From Piromyces finnis finn (Eukaryota > Fungi > Neocallimastigomycota), in the NCBI GenBank assembly GCA_002104945.1, contig MCFH01000032.1, positions 62,001-126,000 on the forward strand: a stretch of 64,000 nt of DNA, written 5' to 3'. Below, in pieces: positions 1-13,352 of this stretch. Position numbers and translations under genes: made by a program. The notes under the pieces are model-generated. The model was not told where the DNA came from, ran no database searches, and saw nothing but the letters and a program-made list of their open reading frames with translations. Each line of letters begins with the position of its first letter. The first letter of the stretch is position 1.

Positions 1-426
1 AAAAACTAATCCATTGAATTAATATTGTTATATATTATATTATATATTTATTATTATTATTAACTCATGGGTAATAGATAGCTATTTCAATTGCTTTCGT
101 AATATTAAATTTATTGTAAGTATCAAAAATAAAATATTGCGGTTAATAATTATTCTTTAATCCTCAATATTTATTTTTATTATTATTAATGTATTTATTT
201 ATGTCTTGAATAAATTTCCTTTGTTTATTATTATTAAATATTATTACTCTTTTTATCATATGGCTATTAAATATTTTATTGTATTTTATTATTACTACAA
301 TGACCATTATTATTGACTTTTTTTTTTTTCCAATTCTAAAAAAAAAAAAAACTATAAAGTTTCAATTTCGAAATTATTTCCAAACATTTTTCTTTCCTAA
401 GTGTTTTTATTATTTTATTATCTTGG

Positions 427-873
427 TTGGTTGTATGTTGTATTACCACATCCTTCAGACAATACACCACACATAAATATTATGTTCGTATTGGCGATAA
501 TGACAAAGATGATGATAATTATAATTCAGAAGAAATATCTACAGCTAAAAAACCACATTTTAAAAAAAAGTATTTAGAATATTTCAATATATTAGGTAAA
601 AAAATGGATTTTAAACGTTTTGATATAACCAATGATGAGGAAGTACCAAATTCACCTTATTTTGACATTAAGAATTATATTAGTTTGGGACTTTCACTTT
701 TGATTATTGGATTAACCATTGGTTTTCAAAATTGGTGGCATATCAATAAATTAATTCCTTTTGTTCCTTTGATCATGGCTAGCGTTAATCTTTATGCTTC
801 AGTTATCATTGATGAAACTACTACAGAAATAAATAGTTTAAAAGGTTATAAATCACCATATAAAGGTGCTTAA
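427..873 (+). CDS. 3' exon of a probable small membrane protein of unknown function (5' exons unresolved)
   Basis: The ORF reads as protein from about YYVRIGDND, has two hydrophobic stretches (ISLGLSLLIIGLTIG; LIPFVPLIMASVNLYASVII) and ends SLKGYKSPYKGA-stop, followed by an A/T-rich 3' flank. A GTAAGT donor at ~116 suggests upstream exons that I could not join reliably. Confidence 0.5.
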   Translation: MVVCCITTSFRQYTTHKYYVRIGDNDKDDDNYNSEEISTAKKPHFKKKYLEYFNILGKKMDFKRFDITNDEEVPNSPYFDIKNYISLGLSLLIIGLTIGFQNWWHINKLIPFVPLIMASVNLYASVIIDETTTEINSLKGYKSPYKGA

Positions 874-1304
874 TTACTCTAACAAAAATAAAAACATCGT
901 TAAAAAAAAAAAAAAAAACCTTTTTTTTTTTTTTTTCCCCTTCATATATAAATAATTGTAATGAACGCATAGGATTTCAATTTAACATGTATAACTATTT
1001 CAAAGTTTTAACCTTTTCATATATATATAATTTAGGATACTAATTAATTGAGCATCATCATCATCATCATTATAATAAAAATAACCAACAATATATATAT
1101 CATTAATTCTATTAATAACACTATTATTATCAACATTAATGTTATTTGTTGCCATTATATTTATTTTTTTAAACTTTAAAATTTATAGAATGATAATTAT
1201 GGGTATGATTTTGGGGTTATTTTTTAACCTTTTAAAAAGGTTTATTTTTAAATAAAATGAGAAAGAATCGAATTTTCTTATATTTGAAATGTGTATAAAA
1301 ATAA

Positions 1305-1352
<48 letters not shown>

Positions 1353-1726
1353 TAGTATTAGTGTTTTTGCTATTATTAGTATTATAGTTATGGTGCTATT
1401 GTAATTGATTAGGAGGTTAAGAGGTTATTATTAAATAATGAATTTAAATATATATATAGAACTATAAATGTATAAAAGAAAAGAAAAAATAAACCATTGT
1501 CCCTAACTATATTATAACATTTGGTATATAAAAAATCAATTTTAAAAGTAAAAAAAAAAAATATTTATCATCATCATAAAAAAAAAAAAAAAAGTCTATT
1601 ATAAATAGAAAGATACAGATCAACTATGGAATTCTTAAAACTTGATAAAGATATTCATACACACACATATATATACATATGCATATATATAATAAAAAAT
1701 GATGGAGATGAGGCATACAGGGAGGT

Positions 1727-3512
1727 TTAATCCATATATTTTCTTTTTAATTTATCATCTCTTTTTTGTTTCTTCATTTTTTTAAAATGTTCAATTTCTT
1801 TACGACTAAGTTTTCTTTTACCCGATTTATTGTTGTCACCTTCTCCTCCTCTGGATTGATGAATTGTATTGTAATGTTGTTGATAGGCCTCTGGATTGAA
1901 ATAGTATTGCATTTGACGTTCACCTTTTGATTCTGGAGTGAAATAATCTTTAGTATTTATCATAATATCACTTGTATTTTGTTGAAAACGTCCAGTTCTC
2001 TTGTTGAAATATCCAGAAACTAATGATAATAAATGAATAGTGAGTTATGAATACATTAGCATCAATATAAATAGAAAAAAAAAATAGTGAATTATGAATA
2101 AATGAGCATCAATATAATATAATAAATAAATGAATAGTGAATTATGAATAAATGAACATTAATATAATATAATAAATAAATGAATAGTGAGTTATGAATA
2201 AATTAGCATCATATAAATAATAATAATTGTAAAGAAAAAAAAAATTTTTTTCGTATTTATTAATTTTTGTCTTATATATGTTTTTTAAATTTTAATTTCT
2301 ATATATATTAATTATATCATTTAAATGAGTTTTTTTTTTTTGTCACATATTAATTAATTAATTATTATCAATTTCATTATTATTATTATTATTGTTGTTG
2401 TTGCTATCATCATCATCATTATCATTATCACTGATGTTATAATTCCTTTCATTATTAATATTATTTCTTTCTTTCAATTTATTATTTTTTTTTTAAACAA
2501 AACATGTATATATATATATATTTAAAAATAATTTATATTCTATTTATTTACCTGAATATTCTTGAAATTGTCCTGGAGTTGTCGTTGAGGAGGAAGTTTC
2601 TTGTGGTGGGTAAACATATTGTTGTGGTGGATAGTTCCAATAGTTTTCATAATAATTTGTTGCGGTTGTTGAAGCTGTTACACCAGTATCACTTTCTTTA
2701 TCGGTATTATCTTTTTCACCGCCTTCTTTTTTATCTTTGTCTGGTCCTGAAAGATCACCAAATTTTTCTTTGGCATCATCAATTTTATTGAGTAAAGAAT
2801 CAAAATTGGATAGGGTATCTTTATCTGCTGGTGCAGAATAATCAGTTGGATAGGCTGCATAATTATATTGATCGTAATAGGATGCATATTGTGAATAGTC
2901 ATAACCACTAGTAGCATCATAACCATAATAATAATTAGGATCTGTTGGATTGGTATATACTGATGTTGATGGATCAATTGTAGTTGTTGTTGCTAATGTT
3001 GTGGTAGTGGTGGTAGTGGTGGTATTATTATTATTATCATTTTCAGTTTCTTTTTCTTCTTCTTGTTGTTTTTGTTGTTGTTCTTTTAGGGCTTCTTCAT
3101 ACCCTTCAACTTCAATTTCATAATCTTCATCACCAGAAGCGAGGTCTTGGGGACTTGCATCATCGGATTTCTTTTCATTATTTTTTGTTTCTACTTTATC
3201 TTCATTACCTTCAAATGGATTGTCCCAAGTAACCTCATCTGTTTCTGTATTCCAATAATAATAATTTTTTGTATTTTCATCCCAACAAGCTTCCCATACT
3301 GAATTTTCTGGCATTTTTAAGGGTGGTGGTGGTGGTGGGGTTAATGCTTCTTCTTTTTCATCTTTAGGTTGAACTGCTGTATTGGATTCACTATCAGTTA
3401 TGTTATTATCGGTAGTAGTATCATTTTCCGCAGTGGTAGTATTTTCTTTTTCTATTGAATCATTAATTTCTTGAACGTCACTGGTTGAACTAGTACTGTT
3501 TTCCACTGACAT
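1727..3512 (-). CDS. WW-domain protein, 2 exons (3512-2552, 2019-1727), 417 aa
   Basis: WW motif WEACWDENTKNYYYWNTETDEVTWDNP after a poly-Pro run. A phase-1 intron (G|GTAAAT at 2551; TTAG| at 2020) joins in frame to give YSVSGYFNKRTGRFQ...RQMQYYFNP...KRKLSRKEIEHFKKMKKQK, which resembles the conserved C-terminus of a fungal WW protein family. Confidence 0.85.
2028..2222. repeat. Degenerate intronic tandem repeat (AATAAATGAATAGTGARTTATGAATA core, ~4 copies)
   Basis: The core recurs at ~2028, ~2082, ~2127 and ~2176 inside the WW-gene intron. Confidence 0.75.
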
Positions 3513-4475
3513 ATTTTTGTAATTATTTTGGTATATATATAGGTATTTGATTTAAAAAAATGATTTAAATTTTTTTTTTTTTTTTAGAGATTATTTAAAA
3601 TAACAATAATTTTTTTTTTTTTTTTTTTTTTAAAAAATGTTATTACAGATTATTCAATGGTGATTATTAATACTGTTATTGTTGTTATTGCTGTTGAATC
3701 CTAATGAATTTCTTTTTTTTTTTTTAAAAAAAAAAAAGATTTTGAAATTTTAAAATTTTAAAATTGAAAAAAAAATTTTTATTTTTATTTTTATTTTTAT
3801 TTTTATGTTAAATTTTAATTAATAAAAAAAAAAAAAAAAAAAATTATATAAATATAAAAAATATTTATTTTTACTATTAATGATTATTATTAATTATTTT
3901 TTTTTTCTTATTAAACTTTGTCTTTTTCATTATTATTCTAATTATTATTATTCTAATTATTATTACTACTATATTCACTATTAATGATTATTATTATTAA
4001 ATATTATCACTTTTTATTATTTATTATTCAAAGTTTAAAACTTTTTTACTTTTGCTATTTATTGAAAAAAAAAATAAATTTTAAAACTATATATATACAA
4101 TATTTTTTATTTTATTTTTATATTTTAATAGATTTTATTTATTTATTAAATATCTAAAAGATATTTTTTTATTATAAAATGGATTATTAAAAAAATTGAA
4201 ATGAAATTTCGAATTTCATAAAGTTTTTTTTTTTGATTAATGTATTAGGTGGTGGTGAAGGTGACTCTCTATATATGAATACTAAAATTGATTATTATTG
4301 GTGTTGTTTATTATTATATTATTATTAGTATTTCATTTTTTTAAATATAATTAATTATATTAGTTATAGAAAGAGTTTTTTATTTCTTGCTTTATTTTCC
4401 CTTTTTTTCCCCCCCTTCCATTATTATTATTATTATTTTTTCTTCTTCTTTTTTTTTTTTTATTCACTCTGCAAA

Positions 4476-5220
4476 TTAGTTATTCATTTTTTGTTTGGCA
4501 AGAGCAACCATAATTTCATTTTCTGAACTAATTAAGAAATTGGTATTATCTGTTTCTATAGAAATGGTTGGTTTTGAATTATCTAATGAAATGGATTGAG
4601 CACGGTTAACAAGTGAAGAAACATAAGCAGCTTTATTACTATTAATTGTTCCTTTGCCTTTTTTTTTTTTTTTTTTTAATTTTTTTAAATAAATGTAGGT
4701 ACGCATGATATATAGTGTTATCCCATTATTATTATTATTTTTTTTTTTTAAAAAAAAATATTAAATTATATTAAATTGAATTTATATAGAGAGAAATGTT
4801 TTTTTTTTTTTTATCATTATTTCATATTATAGTTATTATAATAATGGATATATATATTTGTATGAGGATAAACGTATAAACAGATAAGATATATTATAAA
4901 TTGTTTTTTTTTTTTTTTAAAAAAATTATATTTAATTATATTTTATATTTCTTACATCCTAAACATAATCCGTTATTATCAGTAACTAATATTCCTTTAA
5001 CATCTTCCATGGATGAACTATAAATATTTCAGTTTTAATAAGAAAAAGGTAAAAGATATACAAATAGATAGATAAAATAAATGATTATTTATTAATATTA
5101 ATATTATTTTTTTTTTTAAATATATATATACATTAATAGTATTAATTTTTATATTTATCTATAAAAAACTTTTTTATTTTATTACTATTTTTGAATGGTA
5201 TTTTCAAATTGGTTTTCCAT
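4476..5220 (-). CDS. LAMTOR5: Ragulator complex subunit LAMTOR5/HBXIP orthologue, 3 exons (5220-5186, 5017-4956, 4657-4476), 92 aa
   Basis: Spliced product MENQFENTIQKYSSMEDVKGILVTDNNGLCLGCKGTINSNKAAYVSSLVNRAQSISLDNSKPTISIETDNTNFLISSENEIMVALAKQKMNN. It aligns nearly gap-free with animal LAMTOR5 ([33 protein letters not shown]...VVCLESDNGNIMI, recalled). Both introns are GT-AG, the phases (2, then 1) are consistent, and the total is 279 nt. Confidence 0.88.
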
Positions 5221-6062
5221 TTTCTTTTCTCTTTTTTTTTTAAATATAATTATAAAAAAATAGAAAGAAAAAAAAAAAATTAAATATTAAATATTAAAAT
5301 TTTATATATATATTTTTTTTTTTTTTAAAATTAAAAAAAGTGAATTTTTAAAAATCCACTTCGTTTTAATAAACCAATCGACCACCACATATTGTCAACT
5401 ACACTCCCATTTTATGATGCTTAATTTAGAATTAAAAATAAAAAAAAATAAAAAATATATATGTAAAAGCGGATCCTTTTTTCACAATTTTATATGTTTA
5501 TTAATAGTTTTAGATTTTATTATAAAAGGTTGATATTAAATAAATAAGTAAATAAATAAATAAATAAAATAATTATAATAATAATTAAAAAGAAATGTAT
5601 TTATATAAATTGTATACTATAGAATTGATGATGATAAATAAATAAATAATTACTTTGCTTTTTTTTTTTACTATAAATTATTTTTATAAATATAAAAAAA
5701 TTATATATAAATTATCTATATGAATTATTTATAATACTATTGTTATTATTTCAAAAAAAAAAAAAAAAAAAGTCTTCTTTTGTAAAAATCTTTTATATAT
5801 TATTATCATCAGCATCATCACCATTCTTATCATTATCGTCATCATCATTGCTATTTTATTATTATAATTTAGATGAAAAAAAAAAAAGTTTTTGATTTAT
5901 AGAGAGAAAAGAAAAAAAAAATTATTATAGAGCATCAAGGAAATCAAGGAAAAAGTGGTGGTGGTGGTGGTCATAGAATATAGAGTAAAGGAGAAAAAGG
6001 TATATATATATATACATATATATATATTATACGCGTAGGTTATTGTGAATTTTTTTTAAAGG

Positions 6063-7871
6063 TCAAGAATTAAAAAGATTGGAATGGAAATTTGAATTGT
6101 TATTATTGGAATTCGGTGAATCTGGTGAATGCGTATGATTAAAAATACTAGTATTAATACCAGTGGTAAGATCATTTGCAATAGAAGCGGTAATACCGGA
6201 AAGACCACTATTACTGAAATAATTGGAATTAAACGTGGAAGGAATCTTAATAATGTCTAAATCACTATTGCTATAGATGTTTGCATCGACATCATTTAAC
6301 GTATCCATTGGATTAGACATTAAAGTGGAATCTGGGAGTGATGTCGTGGGATAATTGGGAAGGGTAAGATTTGGTGATGAACGCATTTGAAAATGATTTT
6401 GGGTTGGTGAATCTTTTGAAGTGTCATGATCTAATGAAATAAAACTACCGGATTCTTGATGATGATGATGATGTTGGGGTTGAGAGGGGGGTTGATTTAT
6501 ATAAACTTGCATACCGGAAACGGAAACTAAACCATTATTAAGTAGAGGATGATTAGAGGTAAGGGAGGTGGCAGCATTCACTGATGGTGATTCTGCATTG
6601 GAGGAACTACCGCCGGCATTACGATTTCCACGACGAGAACGTTCAAAAAAGGTCCGAATTTGGGTACGATTTGGAATACGATGTTTTGGAATGTTATATT
6701 TAATTGCCATGGCTTCTGCTTGTCGTAGGAAACGATTATAGGTAATATCTTTACTAAGGGCGGCACGACAAGCTTCACTCATGATACGATCAGAGGGTCT
6801 ATACTCTGATATTGGTCCAAGAATACCATGAAGATTTTTGCCGTAAACTACAGCTTGTTTCAAATTACTTGCGTAAATTTCAATCTTTAGAGTGGCATTA
6901 CAAGAAATTTTAAAGGAACGATGACTAGAGGTGGTACCGTTCGTTGATTTATTGTCTTCTGGTGTAACATCAGAATGATGAATACAATCAAAATTACGTT
7001 TCATGCTATTACTTTGACCTTCCATAATAATGGAATTTTCATTACGATAGAGGTGAGAAGAATGTCCATCTCCAGAATGGGATGGTATCGGGGAAGAGGC
7101 AGTAGGAATACCAATAACATGAGAGGATTGATTCATGGAAGATTTAATTCGTTTGGCTAATTTTTTACCTCCTTTTCCAAATTCAGCTGTATCTGTATCG
7201 ACGGTTTGTAAGGAAGAAACTATTGATGGACACCATGGATACCCTTTACAAAAGAATCGTGAACCATACATCATACTTTGTTTATCAATTAAATCTTTTG
7301 CTTTACGGTATTTTGGACTTCTTGGATCGTTTGTTTCTGGTTCCCAACTCAAATCTAAAGATTTTGATGGCATATTATTTCTTTCCCCTTCTAAACCTCC
7401 AATATAATTAATTTTTAAGAATCCTGGGTGTCGATCGGTAGCAGAACGTTGTACACGCCAATCCTGCGGTTGATCTTCAAAAAATTTTGGAATATCATTC
7501 GTTTTAATAACCGTAATTAATCGCCAACCACGATGGGTATTCCGATGAACAGCTTCTTCAATCTCTTTTGGAATATCCAAAAATACAGGGTATATAGCAT
7601 TAAGTTGTTCCTCGGGATCTGTCGTATTCTCTTCATCACTTTGATGTGAAGGATGATTAGGTTCTTGTACTGACATTGGATTTTCATCTCTTGAATGAAT
7701 CTCTGACACAGTATTGGATGAGAAATGTTGTTGTTGTTGTTGTTGTTGTTGTGACGAGGGTGGTTGATGACCTTTATTTGTAGAAGAATAAAATGGAAAA
7801 TAATTTAAAAGGTTAGAATTATATTTTTTTAATGGGTTGGTATTATTATGATAAATGTTTAAATCATGACG

Positions 7872-7959
<88 letters not shown>

Positions 7960-8152
7960 TTTTTATTATTAGTATTATCATGATAATGTTTATTTTGATT
8001 ATTATTATTATTTTGATTATTACCTTTAGTTTTATGATGACTATTTTTATTTTTATTATTAGTATTGTTATTATGACTACTACTGCTGCTGCTGCTATCA
8101 TCATCATCATTATTGTTATTATTAGGATGCTTGTTGTTGCTGCTGCCGCCGC

Positions 8153-8189
<37 letters not shown>

Positions 8190-9271
8190 TGAATTGTTTT
8201 GGAGGGAGATTATTCCATTAATCAATTGATTTATTCCATTACCGTGAATATCATTAGAATTTAGATGACTACTATTCCCATTCATATTTAATCCGGTGGA
8301 GGTGGTTGCGTTTGTTGGATTAAGGGAAGCAATGGTTGTTAAGCCTAAGGAATTATTTAAAGAGGTTAATGTATGAATACTCGGTAGGGTAATACCTGTG
8401 TTATTAAGTTGATTGATTCCTCCCAGTTGACTGAGTTGTGAAATATTATTAATTTCCGTCGTATTATTATTTCCTCCATTTAATTGATTTAATAGATTTA
8501 TAGGATTGAGGTTATTGATGCCATTAAGATTGGAAAGTCTTTGAAGATTAATACTATTAAGGTTGTTATTCAGTAATCCGTTAAGCGGTAACAGATTAGA
8601 TTGTAGTTGTAGGGATTTCAATAGATTTTGATCGGATAGTGAATTGGAAAGTGTTGTCCGTTGTTTTATATCGGTCATATCATTTTCATTCTCTTCATTT
8701 GGGGTGGTATTCCCATTCCCATGCGTTTTATTTGATGGAGTGGAAGATTGTGGATCTTTTGATTTTAAAAGGTATTTAATTGATTTATTTGTTGCCCCCT
8801 CCAACGCTAGTGACTTATTTATTGTTTCCAACTCCAGAAATTCTGAGGTGTTCGAAGAAGAAGAAGGATGACGAGGAGATAAGGAAGAAGAAGTGGCAGC
8901 CGTTGTCAAGGATTGTGATGGATTATGATAGGTATTGCTATTTCTTAATATTAAAGGATTTTCACAAGTTACATTTTTTAAAAATTCAGCATCGACGGTT
9001 TGACCTGGTGTTAATTTTTTACCATTTTTCCATACCGTTACAAATCCTAATTCTGAAGAAGATCCAATATAATCAGGTCCGAAGAATTGAAGAATACACA
9101 CTTTTAAATCATGAATATCTTCACCTGAAAAGGGTATTTTTGTAGCATCAATATCTGTGGTACGTTTAATCCATACATTTCTTGTGGAATTTAAATTAGC
9201 ATAAGAGGATAGGTAGATTTGTTGAAAAGAATTTGAAGTATTTGAATTGGATGTTTGTTGAGAATGAGAAG

Positions 9272-9305
<34 letters not shown>

Positions 9306-9479
9306 TTGTTGTTGTTGTTGTTGTTGTTGAGAAAATAAAACATTATTTGTAGGTATTGTTGGAGGAGGTGATGATGTTGTATTTCCTGGAGATAATGAAG
9401 GTTCATTCACTGAAAAAGAAGAAGGCTGACCTTCCATATCTAACTCTTCCGTATTTGTCATATTTTCCGGGCTTTTCAT
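6063..9479 (-). CDS. 1138-aa low-complexity probable transcription factor: N-terminal Crinkler/SSK1-type ubiquitin-like header plus central WRKY/GCM1/FAR1-like Zn module
   Basis: Single long ORF with poly-Q/N/T tracts. Two ordered regions: VWIKR..ATKI..EDIHDLKVCI...LTPGQTV...ENPLIL (aa ~100-180) and RFFCKG...SCNATLKIEIY..AVVYGKNLHG followed by a helical segment ending PNRTQIRTFFERSRR (aa ~630-950). The CDS is confident; the domain labels are inference. Confidence 0.8.
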
Positions 9480-12189
9480 TTTTTAATTTTTAGTATTTTT
9501 TTTTTTATTGAAAAAGAATAGGTATATTTAACAAAAAATATATATAGGTATATGGAGTATATGGATGTATTATTTGTATTATTTTCCTTTTTTTTTTTTT
9601 TTTTTTAAAAAAAAAAGATAATATGAATCAATATATATTCATATTATTTTTAAATAACGGATAAGTATGACGATTTTATTTCTATTATTTTTATCAAATG
9701 GATAATATTAAATTAATTTTCTATATACAATAACAATTATAAAATATATATATATATATGTATGATTACTTCTTTTTAATATTTTATTAAAAACCTTTAA
9801 AAATGTATATATATATATATAACTGAAATTTAAATGAAAATTCTAATTTATGTGGAAAGTTAATTTTCTGTGTTGTATTAAAAGTAATATTTTTTATAAT
9901 TGACTATAAAAGGTGAAATGTTGACTATGATGATTAAAATTAATTTTCTCTATTTTATTCGTTTATTTTGTTTTTGTTTTCTTAATGTAAATAAAAATTT
10001 ATATTGCCCGCTGTAGTGATTAAATAGGAGTGTTTAATTTAGTTACTAGATGTATTTCCTTTTTTCCTTTATCTAAGTTATTTATTTAATATATAAAAAA
10101 GATAATTAAATTATTATTAATTTCAAATAAGATAATTGAATAAATAAATATTATATCTATCTAAAACTTTTATACACCATAGATATATAAGAAATGTAGA
10201 TAGTAATGGTATAGAAAAAAAAAAAAAAGGGTGAAAACTATTAAACATTTGAAATAAATCTATTAATAATAGAGAATTAAAAAATAAAACAAAATAAAAA
10301 AGTATACATTATAGTATTTACTGAATTAACGAAATTGGAAAAAAAAAAAAAAAGATGAAAATAATTATTATTCCATCCATAACTAATTAACAAAATGAAA
10401 TGAATAATGCTAATTTATTATTTTTTAGCTATTTTTATCTTTTTAAATCTATAGTTTCATATATCATAACATTCAACTATTATGTAATCAAGAAATCATT
10501 GTAAAGATTATTAATTAAAAAATATATAAATATATTTTATCCTAATCCATATATATATAATTTTTATTTCCATAAAATATTTTACATTGCCAATTTTATT
10601 TATTTAATATATATATATATGTTTTTTTTTTTTAAAAAAAAAAGAGATAAAATTTAAAAGATAAATGGTAAAACTAGTCTATCTTTATAACTGAATATAA
10701 AATATACACATTTCTTTTTCTTTATTAAAAAAAAAAAAAAACATTGGCTACTTACATTTTAATTTTTCAATAAATGTATATATATGATTAAAAAAAAAAA
10801 GTTTTATCGGTTCGATTATGAGTAATGAAAGAAATATATAAAAATTAGAGTTTATTTTTCATCATGGTTCCATTATTTTTTTTTATTGAAGTATGAAAAG
10901 ATGAAAAAAAAAAAAAAAAAGATGAAATTATTTTTTTTTAAATGATAAATGGATTATATATTATTATTTAATTGTTGTTGTTGGTTGTTGTAGTTACAAA
11001 TCAATAAATTGATTCCTGATATATATATGTATATATTTTCTTTTTTTTGTTTATAAAATTTGAAATTATAATTTCTTTTTTGATATAAACATTTACTTTT
11101 TAAAAAAAAAAAAAAAAAGAATATAATAAATGCTATTAAAATTAAAAAGAAAAGAAATTATAATTCTTTTTTTTTTTTTTTAAAAAAAAATAAAAATAAT
11201 GTATAAAATGTTTAAGTTTTTTTTTATATATATATCAAAATATTATATATAATTAAATGTTTATTATTTGAAAAATGGTCCACACACACATATTTATAAT
11301 CGGTAATTTCGCTTTTTTTTTTAAATGTTAAATTTTAAAATTTTATCTTTTTTTTTTTACAAGAAAATTAAATTTTTTTTATTCAAGTGTTCATTTATTT
11401 AATTAGTTATTTATTTATCCATTCATTTATATATATATATTTTAAAAAAAATAAAAGTAACACAAAATATAAAAAAAAAACTACTTTTCCTATTTTCTTA
11501 AAAAGATCTATTTTTTTTTTTTTTTTTACATTTAATAGATATTATTATAATTCATTAGAATTTATAAATTCATAAAGTACTGGTATTGTTTATTATAATT
11601 GAGTAGAATCTCATCAATAAATCGAGTTTAGGGGATTTCTTTTTTTCGCTTTTTTAAATCATTATTTATTTAATAGATTTTTTTATTCCTTATCTAGACT
11701 TTATATTATTTAGGCACTTTTTAAGAAATGAAAAAAAAAAAAAAGAATAAAACCACGAGGGTTTAATATCTTTTTCATTTTACAAAAAAAGCAAGGGTAT
11801 AATAAAAATTCAAGGTCATAGAGTCTATGATCAAAAATTATTATTGAGCGTTTCAATGAAAGTTTCTATTTTCTTTTTCAAAAAAAAAAAAAAAATAAAT
11901 ATTTTAGATCATCGGTTAATTAAACCGAAAAATTTACTAGAATTAAATACGATTTTATGAAATATAATTTTCTTTAAAAGTTAATTAATTAGACACACAC
12001 ACACACACACATTTTATTATAGTATTCCCTTTTTTTTTTTTTTATAAAAATTATTATAATTTTTCTTTTTTGTATTTTTTTTTTATTGTAATTAATTAAA
12101 TAAATATACATAAATATAGTGTAGGTGTTATATTTATAAACATTAATTAATAAGGAAAAAACTTTTTTTTTTTTTTCTTATTAAATTTT

Positions 12190-12233
<44 letters not shown>

Positions 12234-13315
12234 TTAATAAAGTATAGATAAATAAATCACTTTTTCCTTTATTTTTTAAAATAACTATTTTTTTTTTTTA
12301 AAAAAAAATAAAATAAAAAACGAAAGGAAGTAAATAAAAAAAAATATTTATAATTTATAATAATTTATAATATTTATAATATATATATATAAAAGAGTAA
12401 AAATTAACATTAAAAGTAAAAAAAAAAAAAAAAAAAAAGATATTAGTATATAATAATATAAATATCATAAATTTCAATATAAGAAATAAAATGATATTAT
12501 CAACATGGTTAAAATAAAAAAAAATTATATATATAGAATTATAGAATTAATAATAGTTATGATGGTGGTAGTGATTTGGTAGTATTCATTGTTTTTCTTT
12601 TTAACTATTAACTTGTTAATTATTATAAAATAGATTTTTGATTTTTCTTTTTTTTTTTTTTTTCTTAATTCAAAAGAATGAATGTTTTTTTTTTTTTTTT
12701 TTTAATATTGATAATGATAATAACAATGATAATAATGTAAAAAAAAAAAAGTATATATATTAAAAGATTAAAATAAACTATTATTTTAATCAACTACTTT
12801 ATATAAAAACATTATTATTATAAAGTATTATTATTAATTATTAATTATATTAATTATTATTACTTATTTTTTTTTCTTTTTTTTCCCGTTAGGTTGTATA
12901 TATATATAAAAGTTATAAACAATTTTTTTTTATGGTTATTGAATAGATGAAATAAATCATTAATGAATTCATGCCTTCATGAATATCTATATACATGTAT
13001 ATAATGTAAGGTATATATATTATATATATCTTGTTATTTTTTTTTTTATGTAGATTTCTTGTATACTATTGAATTATACTAAATATAGTTTTATTTATTA
13101 ATATATTATATCAATTAATGGGTTTATTTTCTATATTTTTTTTTTTTTTTTAATTTTGTTGTTGTTGTATTTCTCTAATATTTCATTTGAATTTGTATTG
13201 ATCTTCTATTTTCTCCCTCTTTTTTTTTTTTTTTTTTTTTTCTTCTTCTTTTTCTTCTTCTTCTTCTTCCCTGATCGTTATTTTCATTTTTAGTATTATT
13301 ATGTTAAAATATTTA

Positions 13316-13352
<37 letters not shown>

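Noticed and set aside
7859-8192. Hydrophobic poly-Ile ORFs on both strands
   Set aside because: These are alternative-frame or antisense readings of the AAT/ACT/GCA triplet tracts inside the 1138-aa gene.
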